A DNA stretch of 64,000 nt from an uncultured Chloroflexia bacterium (GCA_963726245.1 CAVSBT010000015.1:128001-192000), one strand, 5' to 3'; shown: positions 19,655-30,856, counted from the first letter of the stretch. Numbers and translations: made by a program. Notes: generated from the letters alone by a model not told the origin.

Positions 19655-20981
19655 ATGCCCTCTCAGTCCGCAGATCGACCCAGCGCCCGCAAGGGCCCGC
19701 TCTACCAGGCGCCGCGCGGCACCTCCGACGTGCTCCCCGCCGAGCAGCCCTACTGGCGGCTGGTGCGGGACACGGCGGAGCGCGTCTGCCGCGCCTTCGG
19801 CTATCAGCGCATCGACACGCCCACCTTCGAGGACGCGCGCGTCTTCCTGCGCGGCGTCGGCGAGGGCACGGACATCGTCGAGAAGGAGGTGTACCTCTTC
19901 GAGGACCGGGGCGGCGAGAGGATGGCCCTCCGGCCGGAGGGCACCGCCAACACCTGCCGCGCCTACCTCCAGCACGGCATGCACGTGCTGCCGCAGCCCG
20001 TCCGCCTCTACTACGTCTCGCCCATCTTCCGCTACGACCGCCCCCAGGCCGGCCGCTACCGCGAGCACACCCAGCTCGGCGCCGAGGTCATCGGCGACGG
20101 CGACCCGCTGGTCGACGCCGAGAACATCGACCTCCTCTGGACCTTCTACAGCGCCCTGGGGCTGCGCGGCCTCACCCTGCACCTGAACAGCATCGGCGAC
20201 CGGCGCTGCCGGCCCGGCTACCTGCGCACCCTGCGCGCCTACTACGTCGACAAGCTGGACCGCGTCTGCTCCGACTGTCGCGTCCGCTACGAGAAGAACC
20301 CGCTGCGCCTCCTCGACTGCAAGCAGAAGGGGTGCCAGCCGGTCATCGCCGGGGCGCCGCCCATCACCGATTCGCTCTGCGACGACTGCGCCGCCCACTT
20401 CGAGGGGTTGCGCGACTACCTGGACGGGCTGGGCATCGCCCACAAGCTCAACCCGCGCCTGGTGCGGGGCATGGACTACTACACGCGCACCGTCTTCGAG
20501 TTCCAGCCCGCGCACGGCGGCGCCCAGAGCACCGTCGGCGGCGGCGGCCGCTACGACGGCCTCATCGAGCTGCTGGGAGGCCCGCCGACGCCCGGCACCG
20601 GCTTCGGCACCGGCTTCGAACGCATCATCCTCAACCTGAAGCGCCAGGGCCTGGAGCCGCCGGACGACACCCGGCCCCTCGTCTACGTGGCCCACCAGTC
20701 GGAGGGGGCGCGCCGCGAGGCGCTGCGTGTCGCGAGCCTCCTGCGGCGGCAGGGCGTGCCCGCCATCGTGGCCGTCGGCGAGCGCAGCCTGAAGTCGCAG
20801 ATGCGCCAGGCGGACGGCCTCGGCGTCGCCTACACGGCCATCCTGGGCGAGCGGGAGACGGCCGCGCGGGACCGTCCTTCTCAAGTCGATGGCCGACGGC
20901 AGCCAGCGGGAGCTGCCCCACCAGGTGGCGCTGGACTTCCTGCGCCGGGCCGCCGAGCAAGAGACGCCGCCCAAAGCGTGA
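19655..20981 (+). CDS. hisS: Histidyl-tRNA synthetase (frameshift near 20868 in anticodon domain)
   Basis: PRGTSD, LRPEGTA, FRYDRPQAGRYRE, LVRGMDYY, GGGRYDGL. Confidence 0.96.
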
Positions 20982-20991
20982 CATTCCCCCC

Positions 20992-21019
20992 TTGACAATC
21001 GCTGCTGCTGGCGTATACT
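20992..21019 (+). promoter_or_regulatory. Sigma70-type promoter
   Basis: TTGACA-N16-TATACT. Confidence 0.7.
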
Positions 21020-21063
21020 CCTGATGGTTCGGGCGCGCGGTCGCATCCTGATGGGGGTGGCAA

Positions 21064-22527
21064 GTGCCTCGCTATATCGGACTGGTCGTCCACGGTATAG
21101 GCGAGCAGGAGTGTGGCAGCCAGCTCAAGGATGTGGGCGCGGCCCTGGCCGAGCTGATCCAGCGCAGCGGCCTGGATCCCAAGGTTAAGCTTCAAGTCGC
21201 CCCCGCGCAGGAGCCCGGCCCGGCCTGGGCGGAGATAACGCTCCATGATGGCCAGGCCATCGATGGCCAGACCATCCGGTTGGAAGAGGTGTGGTGGGCC
21301 CGCTCGTTCCAGCCTCCCTCCGTCCAGCGTGCCCTCCACTTCTGGATCTGCGCCTTTTTGCGGAATCCATTGGGACTCGTGCGCGGCACCTTCGGGCCGC
21401 TCCGGCAATCGCGGGACGTCATCTTCGTCCAGCGCCTCATCGCCGAAGTGGTGGCCTACGCGGCCCTCGTCCTCTTCCTTCCCCTGGCCGCTGTCCTCTG
21501 GTTCCTGAGCGTTAACCCGCTGCGGCGCTACCTGCCCGAATACGTCCAGACAGCCTACCAGCTTGTCGCGAACATCCTTACCCGCCAGGTGGGTGACCTT
21601 AGCGTGTACTTGGACGACCCGTGGGAAGCGGCGCGCATCCAGGAGGTGTTCGCGGACCGGCTGAAGGCGATGGCAGCGCAGAATGCGGACGTGCGCTTCG
21701 TCATCGCCCACTCGATGGGCGCCGTGGTCACGTACGAGGGCCTCCTGCGGGCGGCGTGGGACAAAACGGAACATGCCCCCGTCCGCTTCATAGCCGTGGG
21801 GGCCGCCCTCAACCGCGCGCGGCGGCTGGTTGCGCCCGAGGAGGCCTACCGCCTGGGCGGGCCGCTGCCGGGCTGGGTGAGGTTGACGTACGTCGCCGCT
21901 CGTCACGACCCCGTTACCCTGGGCGACCTGGAGCCTTCATGGGACAAGTGGGCGGTCAACCCACCTGAGTCACTGGAGGTGGTCAACCAGCAGGACATCT
22001 TCTCTGACCACACCACCTACTGGAGCAACGCAGAGGAGGTCATGGCGCCCATCCTCCAGATCATCAGCGGTGGGCGTCTCAGCATGCAGCTCCGGAAGAG
22101 CTATCGTCGACTGCGGGTGACGGTGCTCGCCGCGCTGAAGGGCGTCGCCTGGCTTCTGCCGGCCGCCGTCTTCGTCTGGATGGCCACGACGGGATGGAGC
22201 TCCGCCTTCGCAGCCTGGGCCTATGGCAAGCCGTTGCTGCAGACTCCTGTGCGCCTTGTCACGGCGGCGCCAGCCGCCGACCAGACCTCGCTTCAGCCCT
22301 GGGACCAGCCCAATGACTTCCTTGACGTCTTCGGCGGCCGCTGGACGCTGGCGCACCTGGCGCTCCCTCTTCTCGCATCGGCCTACGTGGCCATAGCCGT
22401 CGGCCTTGTCTACAACCTGCTGGTGAAGACGGCGTGGGACATCTGGGACCGGCGCACCAAGTTCAGGCCGGCCGCGCCCGGCGGCTCCACGCTGGGTGGC
22501 GACGGCGAGCCAGGGGGACAGTCTTAG
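21064..22527 (+). CDS. Uncharacterised membrane-associated alpha/beta-hydrolase-like protein
   Basis: VHGIG, AHSMG nucleophile elbow, HDPV, DHTTYW; several TM segments. Confidence 0.65.
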   Translation: MPRYIGLVVHGIGEQECGSQLKDVGAALAELIQRSGLDPKVKLQVAPAQEPGPAWAEITLHDGQAIDGQTIRLEEVWWARSFQPPSVQRALHFWICAFLRNPLGLVRGTFGPLRQSRDVIFVQRLIAEVVAYAALVLFLPLAAVLWFLSVNPLRRYLPEYVQTAYQLVANILTRQVGDLSVYLDDPWEAARIQEVFADRLKAMAAQNADVRFVIAHSMGAVVTYEGLLRAAWDKTEHAPVRFIAVGAALNRARRLVAPEEAYRLGGPLPGWVRLTYVAARHDPVTLGDLEPSWDKWAVNPPESLEVVNQQDIFSDHTTYWSNAEEVMAPILQIISGGRLSMQLRKSYRRLRVTVLAALKGVAWLLPAAVFVWMATTGWSSAFAAWAYGKPLLQTPVRLVTAAPAADQTSLQPWDQPNDFLDVFGGRWTLAHLALPLLASAYVAIAVGLVYNLLVKTAWDIWDRRTKFRPAAPGGSTLGGDGEPGGQS

Positions 22528-22604
22528 CAGGCTGCCTGCTGTGGTATAATCCTGTCGGCGAGGCGAGCCGAAAACCCCCAAGCCGGGGGTTTTGGTTTGT
22601 ATTG

Positions 22605-23759
22605 ATGAGTGCCATGTGGGAACGACTGAACGACATCGAGCAGCGCTACGAGAGCTTGACGGCGGACATGGCCCGCCCCGAAGTGACCTTGGACTACGAA
22701 AAGCTCCAGGCACTGGCCAAGGAGCGCGCATCGATGGAGGAGATCGTCTCGCTCTACCGTCGGTACCGCGAGGCCGACCGCCTGGCGTCAGAGGCGCAGA
22801 CTCTCCTCGACGAGAGCGAGGATGCCGGCCTGACTGCGCTTGCCCGCGAGGAGCTGGAGTCGCAGAGCGGCCGCCGCGACCAGCTCGAGGACGAGCTGAG
22901 GCACGCCCTTCTGCCCAGGGACCCTCGCGACGCGAAGAACGTCATCGTCGAGGTCAGAGCGGGCACCGGAGGCGACGAGGCAGGCCTCTTCGCCGCCGAC
23001 ATCTACCGGATGTACTCGCGCTACGCCGACCGCAAGGGCTGGGCGGTGGAAGTGCTCAGCCGCCATGAGAGCGGCGTCGGCGGCTTCAAGGAGATCATCT
23101 TCGAGGTGCGCGGCAAGGGTGCCTACTCCCGCCTCAAGTACGAAAGCGGCGTCCATCGTGTCCAGCGCGTGCCGGCGACCGAGGCGCAGGGCCGCATTCA
23201 CACATCCACGGCTACCGTTGCTGTCCTGCCCGAGGCCGAGGAGGTCGAAATCGACATCCGCGAGGATGAGCTGAAGATGGACATCTTCCATTCCAGCGGA
23301 GCCGGTGGCCAGAACGTCCAGAAGGTGGCCACCGCCGTCCGCCTCACGCACCTGCCGACGGGCATGGTGGTCACCTGCCAGGATGAGCGCTCCCAGCTCA
23401 AGAACCGCGTCAGGGCGCTGGCCGTGCTCCGTGCGAGGCTTCTCGATCAGCGGCAGCGTGAGCAGATGGACGAGATCACGGAGACCCGCCGCTCTCAGGT
23501 CGGCAGCGGGGAGCGCGCCGAGAAGATCCGCACCTACAACTTTCCCCAGGACCGCGTGACCGACCACCGCATCGGGCTCACCGTCCACAACCTGCCCGCG
23601 GTGCTGGACGGCGACGGGGTGGACGAGATCATCGACGCCGTCGCCACCAGCGAGGAGGCCCGGATGCTCTCGGCGGTGGCGGCCCGCCCCTCGCTGCGCG
23701 CGGCCCGCCTGCCGGACAGGCAGGCCCGCCCGCCGGATGGGCGGGAGCAGGGCGTGTGA
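22605..23759 (+). CDS. prfA: Peptide chain release factor 1
   Basis: GTGGDEA, ESGVHRVQRVPAT (RF1 PxT), GAGGQ, IRTYNFPQDR. Confidence 0.97.
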   Translation: MSAMWERLNDIEQRYESLTADMARPEVTLDYEKLQALAKERASMEEIVSLYRRYREADRLASEAQTLLDESEDAGLTALAREELESQSGRRDQLEDELRHALLPRDPRDAKNVIVEVRAGTGGDEAGLFAADIYRMYSRYADRKGWAVEVLSRHESGVGGFKEIIFEVRGKGAYSRLKYESGVHRVQRVPATEAQGRIHTSTATVAVLPEAEEVEIDIREDELKMDIFHSSGAGGQNVQKVATAVRLTHLPTGMVVTCQDERSQLKNRVRALAVLRARLLDQRQREQMDEITETRRSQVGSGERAEKIRTYNFPQDRVTDHRIGLTVHNLPAVLDGDGVDEIIDAVATSEEARMLSAVAARPSLRAARLPDRQARPPDGREQGV

Positions 23760-24603
23760 GGCTGGCCCAGGCCCTGCACGAGGCCGCGGAGGCCCTGCGG
23801 GCCGCAGGCATCGAGGACGCCCGGCTGGAGGCCGAGGTCCTCCTCCGCCACACCATTCGGCCTGGACCGCGCCCACCTCTACGCTCGCCTCCAGGAAGAG
23901 TTGGGCAGCGACATGAGAAGGCTCCTGCGTTCCCTCCTGGAACGACGCCTCGCCCACGAGCCGACGGCCTACATCGTCGGGCGGCGGGAGTTCTACGGTC
24001 TCGACTTGGAGACGACGCCGGCGGCGCTCATCCCCCGGCCCGAGACGGAGCTCCTGGTGCGGGAGGCCATCGCCCGCCGCCGCGAGCCGCTCCTGATAGT
24101 CGACGTGGGGACGGGCAACGGCGCCATCGCGGTTGCCCTGGCCGTCCACCTGCCTCAGGCGGCACTCGTGGCCATTGACCTGTCGCGGGGGGCGCTGGCC
24201 CTGGCCGTCCGCAACGCCCGGCGCCACGGCGTCGAGAGCCGAGTCTCCTTCCTCCAGGCGGATCTGCTGGCGCCCCTGGCCCAGCCGGCCGACATCATCG
24301 TCGCCAACCTGCCGTACGTGTGCACCGCCGACTGGGAGGCGCTGCCGCCCGAGATCCGGGAGCACGAGCCCCGGTGCGCCCTGGACGGCGGCCCGGACGG
24401 CCTGCGTGAGATCGGACGCGCTGCTCGAGCAGGCGCCTGCCTGTCTCCGGCCCGGCGGCGCACTCCTGATAGAGCTGGGTCCGCCTCAGGCGGCGCCCGC
24501 CCTGGAGCTGGCCCGCCGCTGCTTCCCCGGCGCCGCCGTCCGCGTTCTGCCGGACGCCGCCGGCCTGGACCGCATGCTCGCAATCGACGCGCCCTCCGCC
24601 TAG
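23756..24603 (+). CDS. prmC: Release factor glutamine methyltransferase (two frameshifts, near 23858 and 24415)
   Basis: EPTAYIVG, LIPRPETE, DVGTGNG, ANLPYV, ALDGGPDGL; coupled to prfA. Confidence 0.92.
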
Positions 24604-24783
24604 ACGAGCCGAGCGCCTGCGCCGCTCGCAGGCTCCGGCCCCCAGCAATCAGTACGTCCCCTACTGCCGGATCTCGTTCGTCCTGCCGAAGATATTTGTA
24701 GCATCGGGCTGGAATCGCATTCGCGCCGCTGCTTGGCTTCCCTGGTGGCTGGCTCGAAGGCTGCTGTGGGAAAGGAGAGGACC

Positions 24784-26487
24784 ATGGCTAAGACGATGAT
24801 GAAGGGAGTCAAGTTCTGGGCGCTCCTCGCCCTTCTTGCTCTCACGATCCTGGGGACGGCCGCCTGCGGCGGCGATGGCAAGGCAGAGGGCGATGCCGTG
24901 CCCCAGGTCTACCACGTCCGTATCGCCGGCGACCCGGAGACACTTGACCCGCAGAAGGGCGGCTTCGGGACCGACATCAGCATCATGCGACAGCTCTTTC
25001 GCGGCCTCGTCTCCTTCGACGAGAACCTAAACGTGGTACCCGCCGCCGCCGAGGAGCTGCCAACCGTCGAGAACGGCGGCATTTCGAAGGACGGCCTAAC
25101 CTACACGTTCAAGCTCCGCAACGACCTGAAGTGGAGCGACGGTTCGCCGCTGACCGCCCAAGACTGGGAGTACTCCTTCAAACGCTTCTTCGACCCCAAT
25201 CTGGGCGGGAATCAGTACTACCAGAGCTTCTACTACGTCATCCAGGGCGCCCAGGAGTACCACACAGCTCTGGGCACGCCCGATGCGCCGCTTACTCCCA
25301 GCGTCAGCGAGCTGGCAAGCCTGCGCGAGGGCGTCGGCGTGGACACCGTCGACGACCACACGCTCCAGATCAAGCTCACGAACGCCAGCAACACATTCCT
25401 CTACCTGATGGCCCTCTGGCCCGCCTACCCCGTGAAGCATGAGACCGTCGACAGCTTCGGCGACGCCTGGACGGAGGCCGGCAACCTGGTCAGCGACGGT
25501 CCGTTCATGCTCACGGAGTGGGGTCACAACCAGCGGCTGGTGCTGCAACGCAACGCCAACTACTGGGGCCCTGCGCCGGACCTGGAGCGGCTGGAGATCA
25601 CGGTCATACCGGACGAGACCGCGGCCTTCCAGGCCTACCAAAACGGCGAGATCGATTTCACGGTGGCGCCACCTGCCCAGATCCAGTCTCTGAAGTCGAA
25701 CTCTGAGTTTCACACCGAGGCTCAGCTCTCGACCTTCGCCCTCCAGTTCAACGACGCCCGGAAGCCTTTCGACGACCCGACGGTGCGCAAGGCCTTCGCA
25801 CGCGCCATCGACCGCCAGTCCTACATCGACCTGGTGGGTCAGGGCCTCGGCATCCCGACCACAGGCTGGATCCCGCCCGGCATGCCCGGCTACGACGCCG
25901 AGGCCGGCCAGAGCCTCGCCTTCGACTCCAACGCGGCCCGGAACCTGCTGGCTCAGGCCGGCTACCCAGGCGGGCAGGGCCTCCCTGACATCGTGCTCAC
26001 CACAGTCAGCGAGGACATAGGCCGCCTCTCGGCGGAGTTCGTGCAGGAGCAGCTCAAGCAGAACCTGGGGGTCAACATCCAGATCGAAACGCTGGACCCG
26101 CCGTCCTACCAGACGCGCTACGGTTCAGGGGACTTCCAGTTGACCTTCGGAGGCTGGAATGCCGACTATCCACACCCCGAGAACTGGATCCGCGACCTGT
26201 TCCACACGGGGGCGTCCGGCAACATTGCCGGCTACAGCAATCCCAAGGTTGACGAGCTCATCGACCAGGCGTCGGCGGATGCGGACCCGGCGGCAGCCAT
26301 CGACCTCTACACGCAGGCGCAGCGCATCATTCTGGACGAGGACGCCGCCCTGGCGCCCATCTATCACGGCGTCAGCGTCTTCCTTGTCAAGCCCTACGTG
26401 CACGGGCTGGTCTTCACACCTACGGACGGCGAGATCGCGGGCGATGTCCTTCTGGCCTCCCCGGCGATCTCTATCGTCGCTCATTGA
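24784..26487 (+). CDS. Peptide ABC transporter substrate-binding lipoprotein (OppA family 5)
   Basis: Lipobox TAAC, PETLDP, KWSDGSPLTA, GPFML, GWNADY. Confidence 0.92.
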   Translation: MAKTMMKGVKFWALLALLALTILGTAACGGDGKAEGDAVPQVYHVRIAGDPETLDPQKGGFGTDISIMRQLFRGLVSFDENLNVVPAAAEELPTVENGGISKDGLTYTFKLRNDLKWSDGSPLTAQDWEYSFKRFFDPNLGGNQYYQSFYYVIQGAQEYHTALGTPDAPLTPSVSELASLREGVGVDTVDDHTLQIKLTNASNTFLYLMALWPAYPVKHETVDSFGDAWTEAGNLVSDGPFMLTEWGHNQRLVLQRNANYWGPAPDLERLEITVIPDETAAFQAYQNGEIDFTVAPPAQIQSLKSNSEFHTEAQLSTFALQFNDARKPFDDPTVRKAFARAIDRQSYIDLVGQGLGIPTTGWIPPGMPGYDAEAGQSLAFDSNAARNLLAQAGYPGGQGLPDIVLTTVSEDIGRLSAEFVQEQLKQNLGVNIQIETLDPPSYQTRYGSGDFQLTFGGWNADYPHPENWIRDLFHTGASGNIAGYSNPKVDELIDQASADADPAAAIDLYTQAQRIILDEDAALAPIYHGVSVFLVKPYVHGLVFTPTDGEIAGDVLLASPAISIVAH

Positions 26488-26553
26488 TGATCGTGGGTGG
26501 GCCTCGGTGACACCACCGAGGCCCGCCCGCCACGACTCGTTGCGCGCGCCCCC

Positions 26554-27471
26554 ATGACCGCCTACTTCATCCGACGCCTCTTCTGGCTGGTGCCGGTCCT
26601 TCTCTTCGTGGCCGCCATCACGTTCGTGCTCATGCACAGCGTGCCGGGAGGGCCCTGGGACCGTGACAAGCCGCTGCCGCCCCAGGCCGTCGAGCAGCTC
26701 AACCGCAAGTACGGCCTCGACCAGCCGCTTTGGGAGCAGTTCGGGCACTATGTCCTGGGTCTCTTCCACGGGGACCTGGGCGTCTCCTACCGGCAGAGCG
26801 ACCGTTCGGTCGCGGAGGTGATCGGTGGTGGCATCAAGATCAGCGCCACGCTCGGTGGGCTGGCCATGCTCCTTTCGGTAGTTGTCGGCGTGCCGCTGGG
26901 CATTGTCGCCGCCCTGCGTCGCAATCGCGCGCTGGACTACGTCAGCGTTTCGCTGGCAACGCTGGGGGCAAGCGTGCCCAACTTCGTCCTGGGCATCATC
27001 CTTATCGTTATCTTCGCCTCGACGTTTCACCTGCTTCCGACGATAGGCTGGGGGTCATGGAAGCAGGCAGTCATGCCCGTCCTGGCGCTCAGCGCGCTGC
27101 CGATAGCCTTCCTGGCCCGCATCACCCGCGCCAGCACCCTGGAGGTGCTACAGCAGGACTACGTGCGCACGGCCTGGGCGAAGGGTCTGGCACCGCGGAC
27201 CGTGATCATCCGGCACGTAGCGCGCAACGCCCTCATCCCCGTGCTCACCCTGGCCGGGCCGCTGGCGGCTGCCCTCGTCACCGGCTCCTTCATTATCGAG
27301 AGCCAGTTCGCGATCCCGGGTGTCGGCCGCGCCTTCGTGACGGCCATCTTCCAGCGCGACTACGGCGTCATCATGGGTATCACCCTCTTCTACGGCCTTG
27401 TAGTGGCTATGGCGAACCTGGCCGTCGACATGGCCTACGCCGTCGCCGACCCCAGGATCCGCTACCGGTGA
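26554..27471 (+). CDS. Peptide ABC permease OppB-like
   Basis: PGGP, GDLGVS, DYVRTAWAKG, DPRIR. Confidence 0.92.
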   Translation: MTAYFIRRLFWLVPVLLFVAAITFVLMHSVPGGPWDRDKPLPPQAVEQLNRKYGLDQPLWEQFGHYVLGLFHGDLGVSYRQSDRSVAEVIGGGIKISATLGGLAMLLSVVVGVPLGIVAALRRNRALDYVSVSLATLGASVPNFVLGIILIVIFASTFHLLPTIGWGSWKQAVMPVLALSALPIAFLARITRASTLEVLQQDYVRTAWAKGLAPRTVIIRHVARNALIPVLTLAGPLAAALVTGSFIIESQFAIPGVGRAFVTAIFQRDYGVIMGITLFYGLVVAMANLAVDMAYAVADPRIRYR

Positions 27472-27481
27472 GGAGGCCGTA

Positions 27482-28468
27482 GTGAGGGAAGCGAATTTGG
27501 GCCGCGTCACGCCGTTCCCCGACGTCGCTATAGAGGCGAGGTCGCGGGGGCTCTGGAGTGACGCCCTGCGCAGGCTGGCGGGGAACCGCCTGGCTATGGC
27601 CGGCGTGGTAATCGTGCTGCTCACGGCCGCAGTGGCCACCTTCGCCCCTCTCATCGAACGCTATCCGCCCAGCCAGCAGGATGCCACCGCCTCTTTCGAG
27701 GGGCCGAGCGCCCGCCACTGGCTCGGCACCGACCAGTTGGGCCGCGACCAGTACAGCCGTCTGGTCAACGGCGCCCGCGTGTCGCTGGCCGTGGGCATTC
27801 TCACCCAGATTGTGGCGGTGAGCCTGGGACTGGCGGTTGGGCTGGCCGCAGGGTTGGGCTTCCGGACCCTGGACAACCTCCTGATGCGCTTCACCGACGT
27901 CATCTACGCCTTCCCGGACCTGCTCTTCGTCATCCTGCTGGTGAGCGTCTTCCGGGAGGGCGTGGCCGGCAGCGCCACACGCACGCTGATCGTGACCTTC
28001 GTGGCTATCGGCCTGGTGAACTGGCCCGACATAGCACGTCTGGTGCGGGGCCAGATCCTCTCGCTGCGACACCAGGAGTTCGTGGGGGCCGCCGAGGCGC
28101 TGGGCGCCAGCCGCCTGCGCGTCGCTCTGGTGCACCTGCTGCCCAACACGCTGGGGCCGGTGATCGTGATGGCCAGCTTCGGGATACCGGCCGCCATCTT
28201 CGCCGAGGCCGCCCTGTCTTTCATCGGCCTCGGCCTGCCGCCGCCGACGCCCAGTTGGGGGCGTCTGGTGGCCGACGGCTACGACGCCATAGCCACCCAT
28301 CCCAACCTGGTGCTTGCGCCGGGGCTGGCCATCGCCGCCCTGATGATGGCCTTCACCTTCCTGGGCGACGGCCTGCGCGACGCGCTGGACCCCCGTCTGG
28401 CGACCCGCGAGCGTCGGGTGCGCGCGCTGCCCGTCCGGGTGCCGCGCCGATTGCGGAAAGCAGCCTAA
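27482..28468 (+). CDS. Peptide ABC permease OppC-like
   Basis: HWLGTDQLGRD, EAALSFIGLG, GDGLRDALDPR. Confidence 0.92.
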   Translation: MREANLGRVTPFPDVAIEARSRGLWSDALRRLAGNRLAMAGVVIVLLTAAVATFAPLIERYPPSQQDATASFEGPSARHWLGTDQLGRDQYSRLVNGARVSLAVGILTQIVAVSLGLAVGLAAGLGFRTLDNLLMRFTDVIYAFPDLLFVILLVSVFREGVAGSATRTLIVTFVAIGLVNWPDIARLVRGQILSLRHQEFVGAAEALGASRLRVALVHLLPNTLGPVIVMASFGIPAAIFAEAALSFIGLGLPPPTPSWGRLVADGYDAIATHPNLVLAPGLAIAALMMAFTFLGDGLRDALDPRLATRERRVRALPVRVPRRLRKAA

Positions 28469-28472
28469 CAGG

Positions 28473-28540
28473 CTCCCGCCGGCTAACTCTCCCCCGGCGG
28501 GAGAAATGGAGGGCCCGGGTTTGGCGGAACCCGGGCCCTC
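28473..28540. terminator. Two adjacent hairpins ending the opp unit
   Basis: CTCCCGCCGG..CCGGCGGGAG and GAGGGCCCGGGTT..AACCCGGGCCCTC. Confidence 0.65.
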
Positions 28541-28912
28541 GTGTTCTGCTGACGGATGCGGTCAGGCGTCGTTGCGCTGGTAGACCTTGCCCTCGTCTTG
28601 ATTCGAGGGGATACAGAATTGGCATACGTGCGTTCGGCTAGCGGCCCTGACTCTCCACGAAGACTCCTTCGCAAAGCGCGCTGCCGCCTGACATCTCGTA
28701 GACCCCCGCATCACGAAGTAGACCAGTCGTTCTCTCGCGCTGGTCCGCTATGATAGCCACCTCCGAAGACACGATTGCCAATATGCGTTGCGGTCTTCGC
28801 GCGGCCCTTGGGCCGGCCTCTAACAGTGCAGGTTCTTGACCCGCTAAGAAAGGGATGGAATACTCCACGTTTAGGCGACCAATGGAGAACCAGGTCTTGA
28901 GGAGGTGCGAAA

Positions 28913-30112
28913 ATGGGCATTCGCTACTGGCCTTTCGCAGTGGAGGAGAAGCATGCGCCCCTAGATCCCAGTGAAGCTGGGGACGAGCGCAAGCGCGACT
29001 GGGTGATTCCGCTGATCATACTGCTGTCGACCGCGCTCGTCTTAGCTGTTGTGATTCTCTTGATGGTCTACCCGCCGTGGGAAAACGAGCCCCTGCCCCA
29101 GCTACAGACAAGGCTGCGGGGCATGGACGGGCCCAGCTTGGGAGTGGAGCAGCTGCGCCAGGAGATCGTCAAGCTTGAACTGGAGAATAGGACGAACGGT
29201 AGTCTCTGGGGTGCCTTCCTCTACTACGTTCCCTTTCTGAAAGCAGTTGTTGCTGGTGCAGGTGCATTTGCGGCGATTTGGAGGCAGATCGCAGAGGGAG
29301 CTAGACAACGTGATTTGGATAGGACACAGAGAGAGGCTGACGGCCAGCGTCGCTTTAACGACAAAGAACAACACGACCATCGTACAGAACCTGGGCTCAG
29401 ACAGTGCGGCGCTGCAGGCTAGCGCTGCAGTCTCTCTCGCCACCTTTATTAGAGCCACGTTACGCAGCTTTCAGTAATCAGGTGTTTCTGGTAACGTCGC
29501 TAGCTAATCTGAAGATTAGGCGTGATGAAGTTGTGAGCAGCTTTCTCGTTCATACCTTCGAACTGGCGATACGCAAGCGGCTCGCGTAGGCAGGACAGAA
29601 GGACGGCAGTCTGTTGAATATATCTAAGAACAGCGCTCAACAGGGTGGATCTCTCAGGCCTAGACCTCAGTGAGGCAGACATTGCCTATGCCAGCATGCG
29701 GAACGCGAATCTGACGAACACCAACCTAAAGACGAGTCAGTGGTATCGAGGTAAATATCTGGAGGGATCTCGCCTGTCAGGCGCGGATTTGTCAGAGGGT
29801 CGCCTGAGAAAGGCGCACTGCCGGGATGCGCAGTTCCACGAGGCAAACTTAGTCTCTGCGCGGTTAGAGGAGGCGGAACTCCAGAGGGCGCAGTTCCAGA
29901 GGGCACAACTGCAGTCCGCGCATCTGAACGGTGCCCTGCTCCCAGGCTCGAATTCGAGGATGCTAATCTGAACGATGCATACTTCAACGGTGCCGCCTTC
30001 GATGCACCGGCTCTTGCCAGCATCGCAAGAGCATTGAATTGGCGGAAGGCACACTTCTGAATCCGGAGGTGAGAGTGCGGAGCTCAATAGAATCTCAGGA
30101 GTACTGCACTAG
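28913..30112 (+). pseudogene. Membrane-anchored pentapeptide-repeat protein, multiply frameshifted (end approximate)
   Basis: N-terminal TM in 28913-29422; A(D/N)LxxA-type repeats in 29645-29971 (ADLSE, ANLVS, ARLEE, AELQR, AQLQS, AHLNG); GGAGG RBS; AT-richer than flanks. Confidence 0.7.
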
Positions 30113-30735
30113 GCCGCAGAAGGAAGCGTGGGGCGCAACACTCGCGCGGAAGCAAGCGCGAACGAAGCGTTACACACGCAAGGCGAAGCGTAGCACGCGT
30201 ATCCACAAAGGTCAAAAGGATCAGTAGTAGTACTTGGCATACAAGCACTGCATGGGAATTCACAGTGGCTTTGAGCTCTGCAATTGGCGATGCGACTGGG
30301 GGATCAACAACAGGCTATGAACTCGGCTCGGACGTGAGGTGGCTTTGCGCGCAGGGCTAGGTCACATTCGGCAGGGGTGTGACATATGACTCGGTAGAAC
30401 GGACGCATTTGGGTCTTGTTGCTCGGGTCTTCATAGACACACCAGCCGGGAAAGAAACGATCTCGGGCAGCCAAGACTTCGCTGCTTTCATGTGTGAAGC
30501 TTGAGTCCATGTGCAGTGACCACTAAAGTCTGGAAATTGTTCATTGATGTCTTGAGATCATATGAAACGTTTGATTGTGCCATCTATTGCCCATTTCCCT
30601 AACAAGCGAATCTCAAGACAACTAACGCTTGCCCTTCTTGTAGTCATCCGCTTCTCGTTCAGAGAGTTGCCTCACCGAATTCCCGTCTAATGAATAGGAT
30701 GCCGCGGATATAGATAGTCAAGGCGAACGGAGAAA

Positions 30736-30771
30736 CAGAGAGCCCGGGCTTGTTGACGACCCGGGCCTCTG
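30736..30771. terminator. Hairpin downstream of guaB3
   Basis: AGAGCCCGGG..CCCGGGCCTCT imperfect stem. Confidence 0.5.
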
Positions 30772-30856
30772 ACATCTGAGCCTAGTATCAAGTTGTTGTG
30801 CGTGGTGCAGCGTGTCTGGGTAGAGGACGACGGCCGGCTCACGATTGAGGGGACTC

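Noticed and set aside
30595-30675. attC-like start CCCTAACAAGCG in the AT-rich insert
   Set aside because: No matching GTTRRRY end or convincing palindrome.
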